Position numbers and translations under genes: made by a program
Part shown: piece after piece, positions 1 to 7,998 of the stretch
How positions within the stretch are numbered: the first letter of the stretch is position 1
Layout of the letters: every line of letters starts with the position of its first letter
Virus record (IMG/VR): IMGVR_UViG_3300027810_000002
Location: 96,001-160,000 of that record
Source: a virus
DNA: 64,000 bases
Strand: one strand, 5' to 3'
The notes under the pieces: generated by a model
Databases searched by the model: none
Seen by the model: the letters and a program-made list of their open reading frames with translations, nothing else
Told to the model about the DNA's origin: nothing

Positions 1-2340
1 AGTATTACCTTTTGCTCCTTGGAATCCTCTTGGTCCTCCATTTCCAGTAAGTCCTTTATAACCTTGAGGTCCTACTTGTTGATATCCCTGAGATCCTTTA
101 AGTCCAACTCCTAGACTGCTACCAGTGTTTCCTTGAACTCCTCGAACTGTTCCAGTTGGTCCTTTATAACCAGTAGGTCCTTTATTTCCTGTCCAACCTG
201 TAATAGTAGTTCCGGTGGTTCCTCTTAATCCCTGAGGTCCTGTATATCCTTGAACTCCTTTTGGACTTGCTCCACCATTACCTTGTGCTCCTTGAGGTCC
301 AGTATATCCTTTTGCTCCTCCGGGTTGTGATCCTTTAAGACCTTGAGGTCCCTTAGTACCAACTTTACCTTGATATCCCTTAGGCATTGCTCCTTTAGAA
401 CCCTGAGTTCCTTGGGCTCCTTGTGGTCCTCTATGTCCAGTTAAAGAATCTCCAGTTGGGCCGGTGTTACCGGTTAGTCCTTTATAACCTGTAACTCCTT
501 TATGTGATGTTGGACGTGCGCCTTGATTTCCTTGTGGTCCTCTTGGTCCAGTGCTTCCGGTTGGTTGTGCTCCTTTATCTCCTTGAGTACCCTGTGCTCC
601 TTGTGGTCCTCTTGATCCTCCGGGCTGTGCTCCTTTATCTCCTTGGAATCCTCTTGGTCCTGTTAGTCCAATAAATCCTTTTGGCTGAGCTCCTTTATAT
701 CCTTGAACTCCTTGAGCTCCTTGAACTCCTCTAAATCCTGTTGGATTTGCTCCTTGGAAACCTCTTTCTCCATTAATTCCTTTGAAACCGGTTGCTCCTG
801 TTGGTGAAGATCCTTGAACTCCTCTTGGTCCAGTACTTCCAATAAATCCAGTATACCCCTTTGGCATTGCTCCTCTAATTCCTTGGAATCCTCTTGGTCC
901 TGTTGGTCCTGTTGGCGAAGTTGGTCTAGCTCCTTGAAAACCTCTTGGTCCCGTATTTCCAGCATCACCGATAAGTGCGTTATATGCAGGTCCTGTTGGT
1001 CCTGTATATCCTGTTGGTCCGTTTGGTCCTATGTGTCCTTTTGGACTTGCTCCGATATTACCAATTGCTCCTTGAGATCCTTTAAGACCAGTATATCCCT
1101 TTGGACTTGGTCCTGTATATCCTGTTGGTCCGTTTACTCCTTTATCTCCTTGGAATCCTCTATTAGTACTTCCTTGAGATCCTCTAATACCCTGTACTCC
1201 TTGAAACCCTCTTGGTCCTGTTGGTGAATTACCAATAGCTCCTTGAAAACCTCTTGGTCCAGGATCTCCTGTTTGAGCAGCTGGTGTACTTCCAGTATTT
1301 CCTTGAAAACCTCTTTCTCCGTTTAATCCTTTGTCTCCAACTGGATTTGCTCCTTGTGCTCCTTTAAAACCAGGATAACCTTCAGCTCCTTGAAAACCTT
1401 TTGGACTATTTCCAACGTCTCCTTGAAAACCTCTGTCTCCGTTCAATCCTTTGTCTCCAACTGGATTTGCTCCTTGTGCTCCTTTAAAACCAGGATAACC
1501 TTCAGCTCCTTGAAAACCTTTTGGACTATTTCCAACGTCTCCTTGAAAACCTCTGTCTCCAGTTTGTCCTACTTGTGCAGTTTGAGTTGAACCCTGTGCT
1601 CCTTTTAATCCAGTTGCACCCTGTGAACCTTTATGTCCTTTTTGATTTGTACCTGCAGAACCTTGAAATCCTACATGTCCAACAAAACCAGTTGCTCCAC
1701 CAGGGTTTAACCCCGTAGTACCTTGATCTCCTTGAAAACCTCTGAAACCAGTTGCTCCTGTTAATTGATCTCCCTGAAACCCTCTTGGTCCATCAGGTCC
1801 AATATCACCAACGTAAGCTGTAATTACATTACCCTGTGATCCGGTTGAACCTTGATCTCCTTTTAGTCCTTTAAGACCATTAGTTATTTTACCTGCATCT
1901 CCAACTGTTCCTTGATTTCCTCTAAAACCTTCTGGTCCTTCTGGTGAATCTCCAACTGTTCCTTGGAATCCTCTAAAACCTTGATCAGCAGTACCTTTAT
2001 TTCCTTGAAAACCTCGATCTCCTTGAAAACCTATATTACCTTCATAACCTTGATGTCCTTGTGGACTGTCTCCTTGAAAACCTCTGAAACCAGTATCTCC
2101 AACAGGTTCTAAACCCGCAGATCCTTGAACTCCTTTATCTCCTTGAAAACCTCTATCTCCTTGAGAACCTTGAGAACCTTCAATACCTTGAAAACCTTGA
2201 TCTCCTTGAAAACCTTGAGCTCCAACAATACCTTGGTCTCCCTGGTCTCCTTTCAATTCAGGATAGTTATTAGCATCAAAGTTACCAGTATGTAGGGGAG
2301 TTTCTCCCCCTACAAGTGATCCTGTATTTAATTTTGCCAT
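1..2340 (-). CDS. Collagen-like fibre protein C (3' end runs off window), with periodic G4G interruptions
   Basis: Absent from ORF track. ATG at 2340 gives [31 protein letters not shown] then Gly-X-Y; segments translated by hand (aa 1-340 and the last line) stay in one open frame; N-terminus paralogous to 2381..5041. Confidence 0.9.
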   Translation of the reverse strand, partial: MAKLNTGSLVGGETPLHTGNFDANNYPELKGDQGDQGIVGAQGFQGDQGFQGIEGSQGSQGDRGFQGDKGVQGSAGLEPVGDTGFRGFQGDSPQGHQGYEGNIGFQGDRGFQGNKGTADQGFRGFQGTVGDSPEGPEGFRGNQGTVGDAGKITNGLKGLKGDQGSTGSQGNVITAYVGDIGPDGPRGFQGDQLTGATGFRGFQGDQGTTGLNPGGATGFVGHVGFQGSAGTNQKGHKGSQGATGLKGAQGSTQTAQVGQTGDRGFQGDVGNSPKGFQGAEGYPGFKGAQGANPVGDKGLNGDRGFQGDVGNSPKGFQGAEGYPGFKGAQGANPVGDKGLNGERGFQGNTGSTPAAQTGDPGPRGFQGAIGNSPTGPRGFQGVQGIRGSQGSTNRGFQGDKGVNGPTGYTGPSPKGYTGLKGSQGAIGNIGASPKGHIGPNGPTGYTGPTGPAYNALIGDAGNTGPRGFQGARPTSPTGPTGPRGFQGIRGAMPKGYTGFIGSTGPRGVQGSSPTGATGFKGINGERGFQGANPTGFRGVQGAQGVQGYKGAQPKGFIGLTGPRGFQGDKGAQPGGSRGPQGAQGTQGDKGAQPTGSTGPRGPQGNQGARPTSHKGVTGYKGLTGNTGPTGDSLTGHRGPQGAQGTQGSKGAMPKGYQGKVGTKGPQGLKGSQPGGAKGYTGPQGAQGNGGASPKGVQGYTGPQGLRGTTGTTITGWTGNKGPTGYKGPTGTVRGVQGNTGSSLGVGLKGSQGYQQVGPQGYKGLTGNGGPRGFQGAKGNT
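1301..1560. repeat. 120-bp (40-aa) tandem duplication in collagen C
   Basis: 1321-1440 and 1441-1560 are nearly identical. Confidence 0.9.
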
Positions 2341-2380
2341 GTTATTTTTATTCTTTTTTTATATATAATTAACTTATTGA

Positions 2381-5041
2381 TTATACTATGAATCCGTTTG
2401 TTACAGTAAATGGTGTACCATTGTCATCTACAAAAAATCCATTAAAACCATTACCAGTAGGTCCAGATCCAGGCCACCCAGCATAACCGATTTTACCCTG
2501 AGGTCCAAAGTTAGTTGGTCCATTACTTCCAGTTGCTCCTCTTGCTCCTGTTGATCCAGATCCTCCAGAAGATCCTTGAGCTCCTCTTGGTCCTGTTGAT
2601 CCTACTAAACCTTGATATCCTGTAGATCCTGGAGATGCAGCCTGTCCTTGAAATCCTCTTGAACCTTGAGATCCTGGTATTCCTGTATATCCTTGAAATC
2701 CTCTTGGTCCTGTTGGTGGGGTTGATCCTTTATATCCTGTTGGTCCATTACTACCTTGTGGTCCTCTTGACCCCGTTGGTCCTGTTGAACCTTTAGCTCC
2801 CTGTGGTCCTTTATAACCTTGTGCTCCTTGTGGACCCGTTGGTCCTTTATAACCTCCACCTCCGGTTGCTCCAGTTCCTCCTTGATATCCTCTTGGTCCA
2901 GTATTACCTTGTGCTCCTTGTGTACCTTGGAATCCTGTTATTCCTCTGTCTCCAGTGGCTCCTTGTGGTCCTCTGTCTCCCACTGCTGAAGTAGTTCCAG
3001 TAATACCTTTTTTACCAATAAATCCAGTATAACCTTTTGCTCCAGTTGCTCCCTGTGATCCAGTTGATCCCTGTGCTCCTTGATTTCCTTTAGCTCCAGT
3101 ATTTCCCTGTACTCCTGTTAATCCAGTTGCTCCTTTAAATCCAGTATAACCAGTTACTCCCTGTGCTCCTTGATTTCCTTGTGATCCGTTAACTCCTGTT
3201 TTACCAATAAATCCAGTATAACCTGTTGCTCCGGTAGATCCTTGTGAACCATTAACTCCAGGATAACCAGTTGGTCCCGTTGGTCCTTGATTTCCAACGG
3301 CTCCAGTTCCTCCAGTTACTCCTTTAGCTCCAACAAGTCCAGTATAACCTTTTGCTCCGGTTGCGCCCTGTGCTCCTGTAAATCCAGTAGGTCCTGTTGA
3401 ACCTTTAACTCCTTGTGCTCCTTGTGCTCCTTTTACATTAGTAAATCCTTGAGGTCCCGTTGGTCCTTGAGGACCTGTGTTACCAACATTAGATGTTGTT
3501 CCTGTTAATCCTTTAAAACCAGTAGCTCCTTTTGCTCCTTGTACTCCTTGTACTCCTGTTAATCCTTTATAACCGGTAGCTCCTTTTGCTCCTTGTGCTC
3601 CTTGTGCTCCTTTAGGTCTTTGAGATCCCTGAGGTCCCTGAGCTCCTTTTGCTCCTTGAGAACCTTTATTACCAGTAGCTCCTTTAGCTCCTATTGCTCC
3701 TTGGAATCCTCTTTCACCAAGTTCTCCAGTGTTTCCTATAGTACCCTGAGGTCCAGTTGATCCCTGTGCTCCTTGATTTCCTTTTAATCCTTCAAATCCT
3801 GTTGAACCAACAACTCCTCTATAACCAGTATCTCCTTTGAAACCGGTAAATCCTGTAGCTCCTTTAGCACCTTGTGCTCCAGTAACTCCTTGGAATCCCT
3901 TTGGTCCCGTTGGTCCTTGTGGTCCTCTTCCACCAGATCCACCAGTTAATCCTTGATAACCAGTTGCTCCAGTATTACCTTTAGTTCCTTGATTTCCTTT
4001 AGCTCCAGTATCTCCTTTAAGGCCGTTAATTCCTTTAATACCAACATATCCAGTAGAACCTTTAGCTCCTGTTGCTCCTTGAAAACCTGTTGCTCCAGTA
4101 TTACCCTTAGTTCCTTGATTTCCTTTAGCCCCAGTATCTCCTTTAAGTCCGTTAATTCCTTTAATACCAACATATCCTGTAGAACCTTTAGCTCCTGTTA
4201 CTCCTTGAAAACCTGTTGCTCCAGTAGATCCTTGTGTTCCTTGAGATCCAGTACTTCCTTTATCTCCTGAAAGACCTTGAAATCCTCTTTCACCAGGATC
4301 TCCTGGTAAAGAATCCGAAGCAGTTGCTCCTTTAAATCCTTTTTGTCCTGTTGAACCTTTAGATCCCTGAGATCCTTTAACTCCATTAGTTCCAGGTAAT
4401 CCTTCAAAACCAGTAGATCCTTTAGATCCCTGTGCTCCATTAACTCCGGTAAATCCTTTTAAACCGGTTGAACCTTGCGATCCTTTATTTCCTTTAACTG
4501 ATGTTGCTCCTTTAGCTCCTTGGAATCCTCTTTCTCCAGTATCTCCTTGTGTACCTTGTGTACCTTTAATACCGAGAGAACCTTGACTTCCTTGAAAACC
4601 TCTTTCTCCGTTAATTCCTTTTACACCCTGTGCTCCAGTAGCTCCTTGGAATCCTTGAAGTCCAATAGAACCTTGATCGCCGACTTGTCCTTGATACCCA
4701 TTAGAACCATTAGGACCTAATATACCTGTTATTCCTTTTTCTCCTCTAATTCCAGTTGCACCGGTAAAACCTTGAAGACCATTTGATCCTTGATTACCTT
4801 TACTACCAGTAGATCCTTGATCACCTTGAATACCTTGATAACCATCAGTTCCAACGAAACCTTGATTACCTGTATCACCTTGATGACCGACACTACCGTC
4901 GGATCCAACAGATCCTTGGGATCCTTGAGATCCCAATTCACCGTTTGGTCCAATAAGCTGAGGAAAATTCGTGCTATTAAGGTTACCACTGTGTAATACA
5001 AGATTACTGTCTAACGTAGTACCTAAGATAAATTTTGCCAT
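2381..5041 (-). CDS. Collagen-like fibre protein B
   Basis: 886 aa; 30-aa N-cap, ~830 aa Gly-X-Y, short C-cap ending TVTNGFIV. Confidence 0.92.
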   Translation of the reverse strand: MAKFILGTTLDSNLVLHSGNLNSTNFPQLIGPNGELGSQGSQGSVGSDGSVGHQGDTGNQGFVGTDGYQGIQGDQGSTGSKGNQGSNGLQGFTGATGIRGEKGITGILGPNGSNGYQGQVGDQGSIGLQGFQGATGAQGVKGINGERGFQGSQGSLGIKGTQGTQGDTGERGFQGAKGATSVKGNKGSQGSTGLKGFTGVNGAQGSKGSTGFEGLPGTNGVKGSQGSKGSTGQKGFKGATASDSLPGDPGERGFQGLSGDKGSTGSQGTQGSTGATGFQGVTGAKGSTGYVGIKGINGLKGDTGAKGNQGTKGNTGATGFQGATGAKGSTGYVGIKGINGLKGDTGAKGNQGTKGNTGATGYQGLTGGSGGRGPQGPTGPKGFQGVTGAQGAKGATGFTGFKGDTGYRGVVGSTGFEGLKGNQGAQGSTGPQGTIGNTGELGERGFQGAIGAKGATGNKGSQGAKGAQGPQGSQRPKGAQGAQGAKGATGYKGLTGVQGVQGAKGATGFKGLTGTTSNVGNTGPQGPTGPQGFTNVKGAQGAQGVKGSTGPTGFTGAQGATGAKGYTGLVGAKGVTGGTGAVGNQGPTGPTGYPGVNGSQGSTGATGYTGFIGKTGVNGSQGNQGAQGVTGYTGFKGATGLTGVQGNTGAKGNQGAQGSTGSQGATGAKGYTGFIGKKGITGTTSAVGDRGPQGATGDRGITGFQGTQGAQGNTGPRGYQGGTGATGGGGYKGPTGPQGAQGYKGPQGAKGSTGPTGSRGPQGSNGPTGYKGSTPPTGPRGFQGYTGIPGSQGSRGFQGQAASPGSTGYQGLVGSTGPRGAQGSSGGSGSTGARGATGSNGPTNFGPQGKIGYAGWPGSGPTGNGFNGFFVDDNGTPFTVTNGFIV
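3971..4222. repeat. 126-bp (42-aa) tandem duplication in collagen B
   Basis: GATGFQG[V/A]TGAKGSTGYVGIKGINGLKGDTGAKGNQGTKGNT occurs twice. Confidence 0.9.
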
Positions 5042-5076
5042 GTTATTATTTTTATATTTTTATTTGTTTTATATTG

Positions 5077-7950
5077 TTATCCGATATTTACACCGTTTAC
5101 AATAGTACGTGCTCCTCCTGCTGCTAAAACAGTTCCGTTATATCCAGAATTTGCAGCAGAAATACCTTGAATTCCTTGTGGTCCTCTTACTCCGGTACCA
5201 GAACCACCTGTGGCTCCTTGATAACCTTGAGGTCCTCGAGATGCAGGTGATCCTGATGCTCCAGTATATCCTTTAGGTCCTTGTGCTCCGTTTGGTCCTT
5301 TTAATCCTGTAGATCCTTGTGATCCTGATATTCCTTTATATCCTTGAACTCCTCTTGGTCCTGTACTACCATTAGGTCCTATATAACCTTGTACTCCACG
5401 TGCTCCTACTGATCCAGTGGTACCCTTTACTCCTTGAGGTCCTGTATATCCTTGAGCTCCTTGTGCTCCTTGGTTTCCTTGAGCTCCTCTTACAGTACCT
5501 GCAAGTCCAATAAAACCTTTAAGTCCGGTTGAACCTTGTGGTCCTCTTCCTCCCTGTGGTCCTATTGGTCCAGTATATCCTTTTGGTCCTGTTGCTCCTT
5601 GGAATCCTCTGTGACCTGGTGCACCACCATAACCTTGTGCTCCAGTTGGTCCTGTATAACCCTGTACTCCTTGAGTTCCTCTTGCAGCCGCAGTTCCCTG
5701 TGGTCCAGTTAGTCCTTTATTACCAGTAGCTCCCTGTGGTCCTCTTGGTCCAGTAGATCCTTTAAAACCTGTATCTCCTTTTGCTCCTTGGAATCCTCTA
5801 ATTCCTTGTGGTCCAAGATCTCCAGTAGGTCCAGTTGCTCCTTTAGGTCCGATATATCCGATATATCCTTTTGGTCCAGTTGCTCCTTGAGGTCCTTTAG
5901 TTCCTTTTGCTCCAGTTGCTCCTTGATTACCCTTTGGTCCAGTTATTCCCTGAACTCCTTTTGCTCCTTGAAAACCTTTTGTTCCTTGGGCTCCTTGAGG
6001 TCCAGTATTTCCTTGAGGTCCTCTAATAGTTCCAGTACTTCCAATTACTCCTTGAAAACCTTTGTTTCCAGTAGCTCCGGTTGCTCCTTGATTACCTTTA
6101 ATTCCTTGGAATCCTCTGTCACCAGTTGCTGCAGTAGATCCTTTAAGACCTTGGAATCCGTTTGTTCCTTGGAATCCTTGGAATCCTCTTGGTGCAGCAG
6201 TTCCCTGTGCTCCGGTATTTCCTTGAAATCCAATCTTTCCAGTTGGTCCTAAATTACCAGTTGCTCCGGTATTTCCTTGAACTCCAATAAATCCTTTATC
6301 TCCTTTAGTTGCACTTGGGGCAATATATCCAGTGTCTCCTTGTGTTCCTCTGTCTCCAGTTGCTCCTTGATTACCTTGTGATCCTGTTACTCCAGTATAT
6401 CCTTTTGCACCAGTAGTACCTTTAGATCCTTGGAATCCTCTTGGTCCACTAGATCCTTGATGTCCTCTTTCACCAGCATCTCCTTGAACTCCTTTTGAAC
6501 CTTGTGGTCCAACTGCTCCAACAGATCCCTGTGCTCCTGTTACTCCAGTGTTTCCTTGAACTCCAATTGCTCCTGTTGATCCTTTATCTCCAATTGCTCC
6601 TTGAGGTCCTGTATAACCTTTTGCTCCTTGTGCTCCAAGAGGTCCTGTTAAACCTTTAGCTCCTTGATTTCCTTTGAAACCTTGATCTCCTTTAAGACCA
6701 ACATTTCCAATAATACCTTGATTTCCTTGGAATCCTCTTGAACCAGTATTACCCTGTGCTCCAGTAGATCCTTTTAAACCTTTAGCTCCTTGGTTTCCTT
6801 TGAAACCTTGATCTCCTTTAAGACCAACATTTCCAATAACACCTTGGTTTCCTTGAAAACCTCTTGAACCAGTATTACCCTGTGCTCCAGTAGATCCTTT
6901 TAAACCTTTAGCTCCTTTTGATCCTTTAAAACCTCTTTCACCAATGATACCATCGGCTCCAGTAGATCCTTGATAACCAGTTGCTCCAGTAGATCCTTGT
7001 GTTCCTATTACTTTATTAATACCAGCGTCTCCTTGAGTTCCTTGATTTCCTTGAAAACCTCTGTCTCCTACGGGTCCGTTAATACCTGTTGTTCCTTTAA
7101 TTCCTTTGTCTCCTTGGAATCCTCTGGCTCCATTTGAACCATTATTTCCTTTTGCTCCTTGAGGTCCTGTAAATCCAACGTCTCCTTGTGCTCCTCTGTT
7201 TCCATCAAGTCCTTTATAACCTGTTGCTCCAGTTGAACCTTTAAAACCTTGATCTCCGATTACCCCATCAGAACCTTGATCACCTTTATAACCGGTAACC
7301 CCTTGATTTCCCTGAACTCCAATAGGTCCAGTAACTCCTTTGTTTCCGACAGATCCTTGGAATCCTCTGGCACCATCTGCACCTGTTAAACCCTTAGTAC
7401 CTTGAGTACCTTTAGTTCCTTGATTTCCTTGGAATCCTCTTTCACCTTGATTTCCAACAATACCTTGAGTTCCTTGGAATCCTCTTTCACCTTTAGCTCC
7501 AGTAGTACCTGAAATACCAATATCTCCTACTAATCCTTTACTACCACGTGATCCTTCACTACCAGTATCTCCTACTAATCCAGTATTTCCAAGAGAACCT
7601 TTATCTCCACGAAAACCTTCATCACCCGTATTTCCTTTTGCTCCTTTTAAAGAAAGAAAATTACCCGGAATAAAATTACCAGGTCTTATCACTAGATTAC
7701 CACCGATTGTTGAATCAGCTTTAAAGTTTCCACCACCATCAAAAGTACCACCCGCTATAATTGCGGAATCAGTACTCCTAATAGTTAACACATTCCCCGC
7801 AGGGAATGTGTTTAACTCTTCTAGGTAAGACGGCGTATAGACGATAGCTGAACCTTGGTCGATACCTGCTCTGTTCGAAGTTTCATCGATCTGAGCCTGG
7901 AATTCTCCGGTAGATTGTACTAGTTTTATCGCTATTTTATTAAATGCCAT
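5077..7950 (-). CDS. Collagen-like fibre protein A with ~100-aa N-terminal domain
   Basis: 957 aa; Gly-X-Y from G103; C-cap ending TIVNGVNIG resembles that of B. Confidence 0.92.
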   Translation of the reverse strand: MAFNKIAIKLVQSTGEFQAQIDETSNRAGIDQGSAIVYTPSYLEELNTFPAGNVLTIRSTDSAIIAGGTFDGGGNFKADSTIGGNLVIRPGNFIPGNFLSLKGAKGNTGDEGFRGDKGSLGNTGLVGDTGSEGSRGSKGLVGDIGISGTTGAKGERGFQGTQGIVGNQGERGFQGNQGTKGTQGTKGLTGADGARGFQGSVGNKGVTGPIGVQGNQGVTGYKGDQGSDGVIGDQGFKGSTGATGYKGLDGNRGAQGDVGFTGPQGAKGNNGSNGARGFQGDKGIKGTTGINGPVGDRGFQGNQGTQGDAGINKVIGTQGSTGATGYQGSTGADGIIGERGFKGSKGAKGLKGSTGAQGNTGSRGFQGNQGVIGNVGLKGDQGFKGNQGAKGLKGSTGAQGNTGSRGFQGNQGIIGNVGLKGDQGFKGNQGAKGLTGPLGAQGAKGYTGPQGAIGDKGSTGAIGVQGNTGVTGAQGSVGAVGPQGSKGVQGDAGERGHQGSSGPRGFQGSKGTTGAKGYTGVTGSQGNQGATGDRGTQGDTGYIAPSATKGDKGFIGVQGNTGATGNLGPTGKIGFQGNTGAQGTAAPRGFQGFQGTNGFQGLKGSTAATGDRGFQGIKGNQGATGATGNKGFQGVIGSTGTIRGPQGNTGPQGAQGTKGFQGAKGVQGITGPKGNQGATGAKGTKGPQGATGPKGYIGYIGPKGATGPTGDLGPQGIRGFQGAKGDTGFKGSTGPRGPQGATGNKGLTGPQGTAAARGTQGVQGYTGPTGAQGYGGAPGHRGFQGATGPKGYTGPIGPQGGRGPQGSTGLKGFIGLAGTVRGAQGNQGAQGAQGYTGPQGVKGTTGSVGARGVQGYIGPNGSTGPRGVQGYKGISGSQGSTGLKGPNGAQGPKGYTGASGSPASRGPQGYQGATGGSGTGVRGPQGIQGISAANSGYNGTVLAAGGARTIVNGVNIG
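6664..6915. repeat. 126-bp (42-aa) tandem duplication in collagen A
   Basis: GAKGLKGSTGAQGNTGSRGFQGNQG[V/I]IGNVGLKGDQGFKGNQ occurs twice. Confidence 0.9.
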
Positions 7951-7998
7951 ATCTTTGTTTTTATTATTTTTTAGTTACTCCTGTTTTATTTATTCCAA

